A DNA stretch of 64,000 bases from Chthoniobacterales bacterium (GCA_040881855.1 JBBECM010000073.1:12515-76514), one strand, 5' to 3'; positions 10,230 to 20,120 are shown, counted from the first letter of the stretch. Translations and numbers: made by a program. The notes: a model not told the origin generated them from the sequence alone.

Positions 10230-10245
10230 AGCACAAGCCGTGCCA
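10230..10245 (-). promoter_or_regulatory. candidate sigma-54 (-24/-12) promoter for the porin-like gene
   Basis: Minus strand reads TGGCACGGCTTGTGCT against the consensus TGGCACG-N4-TTGCW. GG and GC are at the correct spacing, with one mismatch in the -12 box. It sits in an unusually AT-rich 175-bp gap, ~70 nt upstream of the ATG at 10161. Confidence 0.3.
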
Positions 10246-10335
10246 AAGGACAAACCTTTTATTTTGTCTCTGTCGAACCCTGATTTCCGGTCCTTGGTCT
10301 CACCAAGTCTGGCCAAAAAGCGCCATACCGGACGG

Positions 10336-11439
10336 TCAAACCGCGACTGGGGAGTCCTCGCGGACGAGCAGGCTGACGTCGTTGGGGTGGATGAGGCACC
10401 AGACGTGCTCGCCCTCGTGGAAATCGAGGCCGGTCTCCCCGGCATTGGCCAGCAGGGCGCTGAGTTCGAGGCCGCCCTCGGTCACGATGGTCATGTCGTC
10501 CACCGCCCCCTTGAAGACCTCGCTGCTCACCCGGCTGGAAAAAACATTGCGGTCTCCCTCGGGCCGCTCGCGGTGCAGGCGGATTTTTTCCGGGCGGACC
10601 GAAACCAGCATCTTGCTGCCGACCGCGCTGCTCTCGCCGCTTTTGATCCAGAGTTCGAGGCCGCCTTCGAGACGGCAGAAAGCGAGTCCGTCCTCGCGCC
10701 GGAGCACCTCGGCTTGCATGATGTTCGTTTCGCCGATGAAGCCGGCCACGAATTCGGTGCGCGGATGGTGGTAGATTTCCGCCGCGGTGCCGACCTGCTC
10801 GACGCGGCCCTTGTTCATGACCGCGATGCGGTCGGACATGCTGAGTGCTTCCTCCTGGTCGTGGGTGACAAAGATGAAGGTGATGCCGAGGCGCTTCTGC
10901 AGGTTTTTCAGCTCGGTGCGCATCTGCGTGCGCAGCTTGGCGTCGAGGGCGGAGAGCGGTTCGTCGAGGAGGAGGACCTGCGGTTCGCAGACGATGGCGC
11001 GCGCCAGGGCGACACGCTGGCGTTGCCCGCCGGAAAGCTGCGCCGGCTTGCGGTCCTCCATGCCCTGCAGCGACGTCATGGCGATGGCCCAATCGGTTTT
11101 TTCCTTGATGGCCTCCGGCGGCAATTTTTTCATGCGCAGCCCGAAGGTGATGTTCTCGCGCACGGAAAGGTGCGGGAAGAGGGCGTAGCTCTGGAAGACC
11201 TGGTTGACATTGCGCTTGTAGGGCGGGTCGTTCGAGACGTCCTGCCCGGCGATGAGAATCTGTCCCGTCGTCGGCTGCTCGAAACCGCTGATCATGCGCA
11301 GGCAGGTCGTCTTGCCGCAGCCTGACGGACCGAGGAACGTCATGAACTCCCCCTCGGCGATGTCGAGGCTCACGTGGTCCAGGGCCGTGAAATCCCCGAA
11401 TCGCTTCGTCACATCGCGGACTTCGACCATCGGGTTCAT
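10336..11439 (-). CDS. ABC transporter ATP-binding protein, PotA/CysA-like importer ATPase with C-terminal TOBE-type domain
   Basis: Walker A GPSGCGKTT, signature LSGGQRQRVALARA, Walker B LLLDEPLSALD, H-loop FVTHDQ. No permease or binding-protein gene is adjacent. Confidence 0.9.
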   Translation of the reverse strand: MNPMVEVRDVTKRFGDFTALDHVSLDIAEGEFMTFLGPSGCGKTTCLRMISGFEQPTTGQILIAGQDVSNDPPYKRNVNQVFQSYALFPHLSVRENITFGLRMKKLPPEAIKEKTDWAIAMTSLQGMEDRKPAQLSGGQRQRVALARAIVCEPQVLLLDEPLSALDAKLRTQMRTELKNLQKRLGITFIFVTHDQEEALSMSDRIAVMNKGRVEQVGTAAEIYHHPRTEFVAGFIGETNIMQAEVLRREDGLAFCRLEGGLELWIKSGESSAVGSKMLVSVRPEKIRLHRERPEGDRNVFSSRVSSEVFKGAVDDMTIVTEGGLELSALLANAGETGLDFHEGEHVWCLIHPNDVSLLVREDSPVAV

Positions 11440-11443
11440 CAGA

Positions 11444-12922
11444 TCAAAGATTCTTGAACCAACCGATGCGGCCGGGCGCGAGGTTGATGTTGATCTGTTT
11501 GACCTCGGTGTAGGCCTCGAGGCCGTAGGTGCCGAGTTCGCGGCCGATGCCGGACTGCTTGTAACCGCCCCACGGGGCCTCGTTGAAGGTCGGATGATAC
11601 GTGTTGATCCACGTGATGCCGGCCCGCAGCTGCTTGATCACGCGCTGGGCTTTGGCGCCGTCGGAGGTGAAAACCGCGCCGGCCAAGCCGTAAACGGTGT
11701 CATTGGCTTTGCGGATGGCTTCTTCCTCGGTGTCGAAAAGCTCGACCACGAGCACGGGGCCGAAAATTTCCTCCTTCAAGATTCTCGCGTCCGGCGGGAC
11801 ATCGACGAAAACGGTCGGTTCGACGAAATTTCCTTGGGCCATGGCGCCCTTGGTCATGCGCTTGCCACCGCAGAGCAGTTTGGCCCCCTCGTCGAGACCG
11901 GACTTGATGTAGCCGAGGACTTTTTCCAGGTGGGCTGGCGAGATGAGCGGACCCATCTCGGTTTTTTTGGCCGAGCCGTCGCCCACCACGATTTTCCGGC
12001 AGGCCTCAGCGAGGCGCGGGAGGAACTTTTTGGCCATCTTGCGCTCGAGGATCAGGCGCGAGCCCGCGCTGCAAACTTCGCCCTGCCCGGCAAAGATGCC
12101 GAACATGGCGAATTCGAGCGCCGCCTCGAAATCGGCATCGGCAAAAACGATGTTCGGGCTCTTGCCGCCGAGTTCGAGGGTGACTTTCTTCAAGTTGCCC
12201 GTGGCGGCGGTCATGATTTTGCGTCCGGTCACTCCGCCGCCGGTGAAAGCGACTTTGTCCACCCGGTCGCTGGCCGCGAGGGTCGATCCGACCGGGTCGC
12301 CGGGCCCGAGGATGAGGTTGGCTGCGCCGGGGGGGAAACCGGCTTCTTTGATCAGTTCGAAAAGTTTCACCGCCGAAACGGGGGTCATTTCCGACGGCTT
12401 CAGAATGCACGCGTTGCCCGCGGCGAGGCCGGGGGCGAGTTTCCACACGGCCATGAGGAGCGGATAATTCCACGGGATGATCTGCGCGCACACGCCGATC
12501 GGTTCGCGCACGGTCATGCAGACCATGTTCGGATCGCTCACACTGTAGGTCTGGCCCTGCGGTTTGCTGGCCAAGCCGGCATAGTAGCGGAAGCAGCCCG
12601 CGGCATCGGCCGCGTCATAGCCGGCCTCGCGCAGCGGCTTGCCGTTGTTCTCGGTGTCGATTTTCGCGAACTCCGCCGCGTGCTTCTCGACGAGGTTGGC
12701 CAGGGCGAAAAGTTTCTCCGCGCGCTCGGGCCCGGTGCTCTTGCCCCACGGTCCGTGGTCGAAGGCCTCCCGCGCCGCACTGATGGCCTTTTCGGCATCG
12801 GCTGCGCCGCTCTCGGTCGCTTTGGCCATCACCTTGTTGTCCGCCGGATTGAGAATGTCGCGCGTGGCGCCGCTCTTGGCCGGGACCCACCGGCCGTTGA
12901 TATGGTTGAGGAGGGTTTTCAT
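11444..12922 (-). CDS. NAD(P)-dependent aldehyde dehydrogenase (betaine/aminobutyraldehyde dehydrogenase-like)
   Basis: ALDH motifs VTLELGGKSP, catalytic Cys in GQGEVCSAGSR, and EEIFGPV. 492 aa. Confidence 0.92.
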   Translation of the reverse strand: MKTLLNHINGRWVPAKSGATRDILNPADNKVMAKATESGAADAEKAISAAREAFDHGPWGKSTGPERAEKLFALANLVEKHAAEFAKIDTENNGKPLREAGYDAADAAGCFRYYAGLASKPQGQTYSVSDPNMVCMTVREPIGVCAQIIPWNYPLLMAVWKLAPGLAAGNACILKPSEMTPVSAVKLFELIKEAGFPPGAANLILGPGDPVGSTLAASDRVDKVAFTGGGVTGRKIMTAATGNLKKVTLELGGKSPNIVFADADFEAALEFAMFGIFAGQGEVCSAGSRLILERKMAKKFLPRLAEACRKIVVGDGSAKKTEMGPLISPAHLEKVLGYIKSGLDEGAKLLCGGKRMTKGAMAQGNFVEPTVFVDVPPDARILKEEIFGPVLVVELFDTEEEAIRKANDTVYGLAGAVFTSDGAKAQRVIKQLRAGITWINTYHPTFNEAPWGGYKQSGIGRELGTYGLEAYTEVKQININLAPGRIGWFKNL

Positions 12923-12941
12923 ACCGGAAGATTAATCCATT

Positions 12942-13154
12942 TCACCGCGGTTTCCACAATGCCGCATTCAGACAGGACCAGAGGTGCATGATCCAGCCGA
13001 GGGTGCCGATGCTGACAACCCAGAGGACGGCGGCGCCGGTGAAAAAGAGCACCGCGGCCAGAAAGCGGCCCTGCAGCAGTTGTCCGAGGCCCGGAACGAA
13101 AAGGCTGCCCAGAGCGGCAATCACATTGCCCGCCGAGCCTTGTCCGACCGTCAT
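12942..13154 (-). CDS. small two-helix membrane protein
   Basis: Track ORF 12942..13367 trimmed to the ATG at 13154 (the upstream part would overlap purN). MTVGQGSAGNVIAALGSLFVPGLGQLLQGRFLAAVLFFTGAAVLWVVSIG has two hydrophobic helices and a PGLGQ motif. It sits 20 nt upstream of the ALDH gene start. Confidence 0.5.
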   Translation of the reverse strand: MTVGQGSAGNVIAALGSLFVPGLGQLLQGRFLAAVLFFTGAAVLWVVSIGTLGWIMHLWSCLNAALWKPR

Positions 13155-13186
13155 GAAGTCACTAAACGCCGCCGCCGCCCCGATGT

Positions 13187-13789
13187 CTACCCCGCAAAAG
13201 GACGTTCGCGCGCGAAAAATTCCACCACGGCGGGGAAGAGAAGGTTTTCCGCCCGGCGGATGCGGTCGCGCAAAATTTCGGGCGTGTCGCCAGGCAGGAT
13301 GTCGGCCTCGGCTTGCGCCACGATCTCGCCGAAACCGCCATCGCCGCCGACGCGGTAGACCGTGCAACCGGCCACCGTGTCGCCCGCGGTCAGGGCGTCC
13401 TCCCAGGGCCGGGGACCCGGATGAGCGGGCAGGAGCGAAGGGTGGACGGCGAGGATCCGGCCCGGGAAGGAGCCGAGCAAATCGGGACCGGGAGCCCGAA
13501 AGAAGTTGAGCAGAAGGATGAGTTCCGCGTGCTGGTGCTGGAGGGCGTTGACGATGTTGTGCTCGCTGGCCGGGTCGAGCACGCCTTCGGCCTCCCCGGG
13601 GTAGACATATTTCGTCTGCACGCGGTGGGCGCGACCGACGTGCAAAATGCCGGCATCGCGCACGTCGGAGACGACCACTTTGATTTCCGCGGGCAGCATG
13701 CTGTCGTGGATGGCGCGAAAAATCGCATCGAGGTTCGTGCCCGCCCCCGAACCGAGGACGCCGATGCGCAATTTATCTCCCGCGCTCAC
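13187..13789 (-). CDS. purN: phosphoribosylglycinamide formyltransferase
   Basis: LRIGVLGSGAGTNL N-terminus and the HPSLLP motif (AVHPSLLPAHPG). A GTG start at 13789 overlaps the upstream stop (GTGA). The longer track ORF (to 14176) is an R-rich artefact. Confidence 0.85.
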   Translation of the reverse strand: MSAGDKLRIGVLGSGAGTNLDAIFRAIHDSMLPAEIKVVVSDVRDAGILHVGRAHRVQTKYVYPGEAEGVLDPASEHNIVNALQHQHAELILLLNFFRAPGPDLLGSFPGRILAVHPSLLPAHPGPRPWEDALTAGDTVAGCTVYRVGGDGGFGEIVAQAEADILPGDTPEILRDRIRRAENLLFPAVVEFFARERPFAG

Positions 13790-14268
13790 CGGTCGTGCCT
13801 CCTTTCCAGCAACGCCGTGGTGGAACGGCCCGGCACCAGCGGGAGAATCCGGATTTCCGCCCCGGCGTCGTGCAGGGCGGCCTGTTCCCCGGCATCGAGC
13901 GACTCCGCGGTGTAGTCGCCGCCTTTGGCGTAAATGTGCGGTCGCACCGCGCGCAGGACCGAGGTTGCCCGTTTGTCGTCGAAAACAACCACGTAATCCA
14001 CGCAACCGAGCGCGGAGAGCACTTCGGCCCGGTCGGCCTGCGGGTTGAGCGGACGGCCGGGGCCCTTCAACTCGCGCACGGAGCGGTCGCTGTTCAGGCC
14101 GACGGCCAAAGCATCGCCGAGGGCGCGCGCCTCGCGCAGATAACGCACGTGGCCGGCGTGGAGAAGATCGAAACATCCGTTGGTGAAAACCAAACGGCGT
14201 CCGGCGGCATCCATGGCATCGCGCTCCCGCGCCAGGTCGCCCGCTTCCACCACGCGTCCCTCGTGCAT
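13786..14268 (-). CDS. D-glycero-beta-D-manno-heptose 1-phosphate adenylyltransferase (stand-alone RfaE/HldE domain II)
   Basis: Cytidylyltransferase signature FTNGCFDLLHAGHVRYL, then VGLNSD and ILPLVPGRSTT. Only the last 160 codons of the 543-aa track ORF look real. ATG at 14268. Confidence 0.85.
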   Translation of the reverse strand: MHEGRVVEAGDLARERDAMDAAGRRLVFTNGCFDLLHAGHVRYLREARALGDALAVGLNSDRSVRELKGPGRPLNPQADRAEVLSALGCVDYVVVFDDKRATSVLRAVRPHIYAKGGDYTAESLDAGEQAALHDAGAEIRILPLVPGRSTTALLERRHDR

Positions 14269-14331
14269 GCGCCGAGTATTCCCACCACAGCCGTCATTGC
14301 GCAAGACCTTCGGCACGCCTACAAAGTCCCC

Positions 14332-15138
14332 ATGCGCATCGCGCGAATCGCCGACGAGTCCGGGGCCGTCCTGCACGGCCGCCCCACGGAAGAAACCGGT
14401 CTCTACGAGGAACTCACGGGGTCCTGGGGATCGGGGTTCTGCGGCACCGGGCGCACCGTCCGCGCCGCCCGCCTGCTCGCCCCCCTTGATCCGTCCGCGG
14501 TTTACGCCATCGGTCTGAATTACCGCGACCATGCCGCGGAGACCGGGTCGCCCGTTCCGGCCTATCCCGTGCTTTTCATGAAAAACCTGCGCGCGGTCAC
14601 CGGGCCCGGCGCGCCGGTCCTTTTGCCGCGGCGCCTGCGCAGCGACGAGGTCGATTACGAGGCCGAGTTGGCCGTGGTGCTGGCCCGCGACTGCCGCAAC
14701 ACGACGCGCGCCGGGGCCATGGATCACGTAGCCGGCTTCACCTGCGCCAACGATGTCAGCGCGCGCGACTGGCAACGGCAACGTTCGGGACACCAGTGGT
14801 GCCGCGCCAAATCGTTCGACACTTTCTGTCCGCTCGGTCCTGAGGTGGTCACCCCGGATGAACTGCCCGATCCGCTGCACGTGCGCATCGCCTCGCGGTT
14901 GAACGGCAAAATCATGCAGGAAAGCAACACGTCGCAGATGATCTTCGATGTGCCCGCACTCTTGGAGTTTCTCAGTGCCGACACCACCCTGCCGGCCGGC
15001 GCAGTCATCCTCACCGGCACCCCGCACGGGGTCGGCATGGCGCGCCAACCGCCGGTCTGGCTGCAGCCCGGCGACACCATCGCCGTCGACATCGCCGGCA
15101 TCGGCACCTTGGAAAACCCGGTGGCGGAAGGGGACTGA
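14332..15138 (+). CDS. fumarylacetoacetate hydrolase (FAH) family protein
   Basis: Blocks IGLNYRDHAAE, DYEAELAVVL, ANDVSARDWQ, KSFDTFCPLGP and ILTGTPHGVG are typical of FAH/2-keto-4-pentenoate hydratase family enzymes. ATG at 14332. Confidence 0.88.
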   Translation: MRIARIADESGAVLHGRPTEETGLYEELTGSWGSGFCGTGRTVRAARLLAPLDPSAVYAIGLNYRDHAAETGSPVPAYPVLFMKNLRAVTGPGAPVLLPRRLRSDEVDYEAELAVVLARDCRNTTRAGAMDHVAGFTCANDVSARDWQRQRSGHQWCRAKSFDTFCPLGPEVVTPDELPDPLHVRIASRLNGKIMQESNTSQMIFDVPALLEFLSADTTLPAGAVILTGTPHGVGMARQPPVWLQPGDTIAVDIAGIGTLENPVAEGD

Positions 15139-17448
15139 ATGACCTCCTTTCCGGTGGTCTTGCCCCGCGGCGCCGCCGAACCGCGCACGCCCCCGCCCTG
15201 CCCGATCGCCCGGCTGGCCGCGTTGCTGGCCGAAGAACCGCGACTGGAAGCCGTCGCTTTCAACCCGGCCACGCGACGGCTTTCCATCGCCACGCTCGGC
15301 GGCGACAAGGACGGACGCCTCGCGCAGCGCGTCACCGCAACCATGCTGGCGAGCCACGAACCGTGTCCGCACTTCCGGCCGGAAAAATGCCAAGTCTGCG
15401 GGGTCAGCGCGGAACACCTCCCCGGCACCTCGCGCATCCTCGTTTCAGAAAAACTCGGCACGACGCTGGTGCGCAAGGCGACCTGCGTGACCGCTCTCTC
15501 GCTGTGGCAGTGGGTCAAACTGGTCTGGCCCGCCTACGCCCCGCGGCAGAAGGGCACGATCGAGGAACACGGCGAGACGGAATGGAAATCCATGGCCGCC
15601 TTGGCGGCGGGATGTGCGGTTTTCGGCCTCGCGGGCTGGGCCCTCGACCTGGCGCACGCGCCGGCGTGGGCGCCGCTGGCGGCCTACCTTCTCGCCTACC
15701 TGGGCGGCGGCTGGGATGCCGCGGGTGATGCCTGGGAGCGACTCAAAGCGGGGCAACTCGACATCCATTTCCTCATGCTGGCCGTCGCCGCCGGCGCCGC
15801 GTTGATCGGCGCATGGCGCGAAGGCGCTCTGCTCCTCTTCCTTTTCTCCGCCTCCGGGGCGATGGAGCACTACGCGATGGGCCGGACCCGGCGGGAGATC
15901 GGCGCCTTGCTGCGCGGCGCGCCGAAAACGGCGCTCGTCGTCGACGGCGGCCCCGAACGCGAGGTGCCGGTCGACGACCTCCGGCCGGGCATGACCGTAC
16001 GCGTGGTGGCCGGCGGACAGATCCCCGTCGACCTGACCATCACGCGCGGAAGGTCGGAATGCGACGAGTCGAATCTCACCGGCGAATCCGTCCCCGTGCC
16101 CAAGGGCCCCGGCGACACCGCCCTGGCTGGCACGATCAACTTGAGCGGGGTGCTCGAGGGGTCCGTGCTGCGTCCGGCCTCGGAAAGCTCGCTGCAGCGC
16201 ATCATCCGCCTGATCCGCGAGGCGCAGGGCCTGCGCGCGCCGTCACAGACCTTCACCGACCGTTTCGGCACAACCTACACGTGGACCATCCTCACCGTTT
16301 GCACGGTCATGTTCTTCGTCTGGTGGCTCGGCTTCGGCTTGCCGCCGTTCGCCGGCGCGGGGGAGACGCGCAGCGCTTTCTACAGGGCTATGACATTATT
16401 GGTCGTGGCCTCGCCCTGCGCTCTCGTCCTTTCCGTTCCCTCGGCCATCCTCTCCGCCATCGCGGCGGGCGCCCGGCGGGGCATTCTCTTCCGCGGCGGG
16501 GCGCCGATCGAAAATCTCGCGCTGGTCGACGTGGTCGCCCTGGACAAAACGGGCACCCTTACCTCGGGGCAGTTGACTCTGGCCGGCATCGAAATGGTGC
16601 AGGGCAGCGAAGGCAAACTGCTCGAAGTCGCACACGCCCTGGCCCGGCATTCCGCGCACCCCCTTTCGCGCGCGATCCGCCGGTTGGCCCTGCAACGCGG
16701 CGTGGCGGATCACGGCGCGCAGTCGCACGAAACCGTGCCCGGCGGCGGGGTTCGGGCCGGGATCAGCGGCGAACAATGCGTGCTGGGCAGCCGCGCTTTT
16801 GTCGAATCCGATACCGGCCTCGTCCTCCCCGCGGAAACGCGCGCCGCGGACGCCGCCGAAGTCTGGGTCGCCGGGAATGGTGCCGTCGGCTGCCTGCGCT
16901 TCCGCGACGAGGTTCGCCCGCAAAGCCGCGAACTTCTCGGCCTCCTGCACGCGCGCGGCATCCGCACCGTGATGCTGACCGGGGACCGTCCGGGACCGGC
17001 GGAAGCCATGGGTCGCGCGGCCGGGCTCGATGAAATCCGGTCCGGCCTGCTGCCCGCGGGCAAAGTCGCGGCCGTCGAGGAGTTGAAGGACGGAGGCCGG
17101 CGTCGCGTGGCCATGATCGGCGACGGGGTCAACGACGCGCCGTGCCTCGCCGCGGCCGACATCGGCGTGGCCATGGGCGCGCGCGGTTCCGACGCCGCGC
17201 TCGAACAGGCCGAGGTCGTGCTGATGAACGACCGCCTGGAAAATTTCCTGCTCGCGCTCGACCTGAGCACCGCGGCCCGGCGCGTCATCCGGCAAAACAT
17301 GGCCATCTCCCTCGGAACCGTGGCGATCATGGTGCTGGCCACCTTCATCATACCCGTGCCCCTCGCCCTCGGCGTGGCCGCGCACGAGGGCAGCACGGTT
17401 GTCGTGGTGCTCAACAGCCTGCGCCTCCTCTTCACGCGCCGCACCTGA
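15139..17448 (+). CDS. heavy-metal translocating P1B-type ATPase (SPC motif)
   Basis: LTGESVPV (A domain), SPC in TM (VVASPCALVLS), DKTGTLT, MLTGD, GDGVNDAP, HEGSTVVVVLNSLRLL. The ATG directly abuts the FAH stop codon. Confidence 0.92.
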   Translation: MTSFPVVLPRGAAEPRTPPPCPIARLAALLAEEPRLEAVAFNPATRRLSIATLGGDKDGRLAQRVTATMLASHEPCPHFRPEKCQVCGVSAEHLPGTSRILVSEKLGTTLVRKATCVTALSLWQWVKLVWPAYAPRQKGTIEEHGETEWKSMAALAAGCAVFGLAGWALDLAHAPAWAPLAAYLLAYLGGGWDAAGDAWERLKAGQLDIHFLMLAVAAGAALIGAWREGALLLFLFSASGAMEHYAMGRTRREIGALLRGAPKTALVVDGGPEREVPVDDLRPGMTVRVVAGGQIPVDLTITRGRSECDESNLTGESVPVPKGPGDTALAGTINLSGVLEGSVLRPASESSLQRIIRLIREAQGLRAPSQTFTDRFGTTYTWTILTVCTVMFFVWWLGFGLPPFAGAGETRSAFYRAMTLLVVASPCALVLSVPSAILSAIAAGARRGILFRGGAPIENLALVDVVALDKTGTLTSGQLTLAGIEMVQGSEGKLLEVAHALARHSAHPLSRAIRRLALQRGVADHGAQSHETVPGGGVRAGISGEQCVLGSRAFVESDTGLVLPAETRAADAAEVWVAGNGAVGCLRFRDEVRPQSRELLGLLHARGIRTVMLTGDRPGPAEAMGRAAGLDEIRSGLLPAGKVAAVEELKDGGRRRVAMIGDGVNDAPCLAAADIGVAMGARGSDAALEQAEVVLMNDRLENFLLALDLSTAARRVIRQNMAISLGTVAIMVLATFIIPVPLALGVAAHEGSTVVVVLNSLRLLFTRRT

Positions 17449-17482
17449 CAAACCCCCGCGCGCGGGTTTACCCTGAGGCCTC

Positions 17483-19909
17483 ATGTTCTGGCGCGCCCTG
17501 ACCCATCATTCGCTGAAGACGGTGGCCCGTCTCCTGCAACTGATCGTTTTCGTCGTCGTGCCGGGCGCCCTCCTCTGGCTGCATTTCGCCGGTCTGCCGC
17601 GCGCACTGCACGCGCCTTTGGTCGAGGCCGCGCGCCGCGAAGGCCTCGACATCGATTTCACGCGGATACGCCTTAGTTTCCTCCAGGGCTTGGTGCTCGA
17701 CCGCGTGGAGTTGCGCGCCGAGCGCCTGCCGGAAGCGCCGGACGTGGCGGTGGACCGCGCGGCCATCGCGCTCAATTGGCGCGAACTGCTCCGGGGGCGG
17801 GTCGAACTGACCTCGCTCGACCTGCGCGGCGCCCAACTCTTCCTGCCGGTTGTCTCGGCCGAGGGGGTGACGCGCACGCTGCGGCTGACCAAGGCACGGG
17901 CCCGCTTGATGCTGGCCGACGGCGTGGTCAGCGTGCCGCTGGCCCGTTTCAACCTGCAGGGCATCGATGTCACCGCGACGGGCCAGATCGCCTTGGCCCG
18001 GGACGCGGTCCCGGCCGCACCCGCCGGTCTCGTGCCGCCCGAAGTGAGCCATGCCCTCGAGGTGCTCGAATCGCTCGACTTCGGCACAACCCCGCCGCGT
18101 CTGGAAGTGGAATTCGCCGCCCAATCCGGCAACGCCGCCGCGCTGCGCCTGCCGCGCATCTCCCTGGAGGCTCCGCAGGCGTCCTACGGACGCGCCGGCT
18201 TGCGCGACATCCGCGTGCAGGCATCCTACGGGGAGCACGGGCTGGAAGTCGCGCAGTTCACCGCGCGCGATGCCAAGGGCGGGCAACTCGATGTCTCGGG
18301 CACGTGGAACCTGACCGGCGGCGGCGCGCAGGCGGAGGTGGAATCGACCCTCGACCCGGCCCCGTGGCTCGCGGAACTGCGTCCGGAAGGTCCGTGGCGT
18401 TCCTTGAGCTTCGGTGCTCCGCCCGCCGTGCAAGCCTCGCTCGAAATCGAGCCGGACCGCCAACCCCGGATGCGAGTCATTGGAACCTTGGACGCCCGGG
18501 CCCTGTCCTTCCGGGGCGCGGACTTGCGCGGCTTGTCCTGCGGGTTCGCCTGGCGCGACGGGGAACTCTACGCGAACGACATTCTGCTCAAGCCGGCCAC
18601 GGGCGAAATCCGGGCGGACTTCATGATGCGGCCGGAGGAGGTCAAAATCCGTGTCATCAGCCGCACCGATCCCCTGCAACTGCTGCCGCTGTTGCCCGAG
18701 AAGGCACGCGAGAATGTGGGCAAAATGGAACTGGCCTTCACCGACCCGCCGGAGATCCGGTTTGAAGCATCGGGGCCCTCGCTGGACGCGGCCTCGTTGT
18801 CCGCACGCGGACGCCTCAAACTCGGGCGGACGTCGATCCACGGTTCCCCGCTGGACGGGGCCACGGCCGATGTGGCGTTCGAGAACCTCGCGCTCCTTTT
18901 CACCAACTTGCAGGTCACCCGGCCGGAGGGCGAGGGCAGCGGGAGCTTTGTTTATGACTTCGGACAAAACCAAGTGCGGCTGACCGGCATCCGCAGCACG
19001 ATGAATCCGTTCAATGTCCTGCAATGGGCCGACCCGAAGGTGGCGCGCGAGACGGAACCCTACCGCTTCAAAGCCCCGCCCACCGTCACGGTCGACGGCG
19101 TCATCGGGCTGAAGAATCCCGAGCTGACCCGGTTGACCGCCGCGTTCACCGCGCCGCGGGGTCTGGACTACGACCTGCTCGACCGCACGCTGAATTTCGG
19201 CGAGACCCGCGGCACGCTGCAATTCGCCGGGCGCCGCATCGCGGTCGACATCCCGGCGGCACGGTTGTTCGGCGGCACCGCGCGCCTCACCGCCAACATC
19301 ACGGCCGGCGAAGCCGGCGCGCGGCAGCGGATGAGCGTGGTATTGGATAATGTGGACTTCGAAACGGTGACGCGGCTGTATTTCGACTACAAGGATTCAA
19401 AAGGTGTTCTCGATGCGGACTACGATTTCACCTTTGTGCCCGGCCGGCCCAAACTCATGCGCGGCCGGGGGCGCTTGCTCGTGGCCAACGGCAATGTTTT
19501 CGCCATCCCGGTGCTCGGTCCGCTCTCCGTCCTGCTCGACGCGGTCATTCCCGGCACCGGCTACCAGACCGCGCGCAAAGCGACCTGCGATTTCCGGGTG
19601 GCCGACGGCGTGATCCGCACCGACAACCTCGACGTCGAGGGCCAGGGCTTCAGTATGATCGGCAAAGGCGACCTCCTCTTCGTCGAGGACCGCATGGATT
19701 TCACCGTGCGGGTCAACGCCCAAGGCGTGCCGGGCCTGCTGCTCTATCCGGTGAGCAAACTCTTCGAGTATGTTTCGGACGGAAAACTGTCCGAACCGAA
19801 GTGGCGACCGCGCGTCCTGCCCAAGGGGGCGGACCGCGACCGCGCGCCCGCGGAAAAGGAACAACCCGCGGAGCCTAGCGCAAAAGCAAAACGGCCCGGG
19901 CGCGCTTGA
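17483..19909 (+). CDS. AsmA/TamB-like large envelope protein (N-terminal membrane anchor)
   Basis: N-terminal TM ([17 protein letters not shown]) followed by ~770 aa of beta-rich sequence with repeated 'L.L....' strand patterns typical of the AsmA-like/DUF3971 families. Composition is far more natural than that of the antisense 584-aa ORF. Confidence 0.72.
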   Translation: MFWRALTHHSLKTVARLLQLIVFVVVPGALLWLHFAGLPRALHAPLVEAARREGLDIDFTRIRLSFLQGLVLDRVELRAERLPEAPDVAVDRAAIALNWRELLRGRVELTSLDLRGAQLFLPVVSAEGVTRTLRLTKARARLMLADGVVSVPLARFNLQGIDVTATGQIALARDAVPAAPAGLVPPEVSHALEVLESLDFGTTPPRLEVEFAAQSGNAAALRLPRISLEAPQASYGRAGLRDIRVQASYGEHGLEVAQFTARDAKGGQLDVSGTWNLTGGGAQAEVESTLDPAPWLAELRPEGPWRSLSFGAPPAVQASLEIEPDRQPRMRVIGTLDARALSFRGADLRGLSCGFAWRDGELYANDILLKPATGEIRADFMMRPEEVKIRVISRTDPLQLLPLLPEKARENVGKMELAFTDPPEIRFEASGPSLDAASLSARGRLKLGRTSIHGSPLDGATADVAFENLALLFTNLQVTRPEGEGSGSFVYDFGQNQVRLTGIRSTMNPFNVLQWADPKVARETEPYRFKAPPTVTVDGVIGLKNPELTRLTAAFTAPRGLDYDLLDRTLNFGETRGTLQFAGRRIAVDIPAARLFGGTARLTANITAGEAGARQRMSVVLDNVDFETVTRLYFDYKDSKGVLDADYDFTFVPGRPKLMRGRGRLLVANGNVFAIPVLGPLSVLLDAVIPGTGYQTARKATCDFRVADGVIRTDNLDVEGQGFSMIGKGDLLFVEDRMDFTVRVNAQGVPGLLLYPVSKLFEYVSDGKLSEPKWRPRVLPKGADRDRAPAEKEQPAEPSAKAKRPGRA

Positions 19910-20114
19910 TGGCGCGGGTGATGCGGCGGTGCAGGTGGGCCGGCACGCCGGTCAACCGGCGCGGGATGATTTTCCCGCTTTCGGTGACGAAGCGCTTGAG
20001 CAATTCGGGGTTTTTGTAGTCGATGGCGTCAACCGCCAGGTCGATGCGGCGGCGCGGCATCGGGCGGTTGGCGCGGCGCATGGCAGCGCGGCGTTTGGGT
20101 GTCTTGGGTTGCAT
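19875..20114 (-). CDS. rpsR: 30S ribosomal protein S18
   Basis: [27 protein letters not shown]...[19 protein letters not shown] is the conserved S18 core. Confidence 0.92.
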   Translation of the reverse strand: MQPKTPKRRAAMRRANRPMPRRRIDLAVDAIDYKNPELLKRFVTESGKIIPRRLTGVPAHLHRRITRAIKRARAVLLLR

Positions 20115-20120
20115 GGCGTG

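Noticed and set aside
14269-15417. N-terminal 383 codons of the 543-aa ORF 13786..15417
   Set aside because: Only the last 160 codons form the heptose-1-P adenylyltransferase domain. The upstream part overlaps the well-supported FAH gene and the start of the ATPase gene on the other strand, and it is R/G-rich.
17468-19222. 584-aa minus-strand ORF
   Set aside because: It lies antisense to the AsmA-like gene. It is G/R/Q-rich, whereas the plus-strand product has an N-terminal TM anchor and balanced composition.
19875-19909. 35-nt convergent overlap of the AsmA-like gene and rpsR 3' ends (and a similar 36-nt overlap of nth and the pfkB-family gene at 35534-35569)
   Set aside because: Short convergent 3' overlaps are common in compact GC-rich genomes, where stop codons are rare. 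There is no evidence of a functional antisense relationship.
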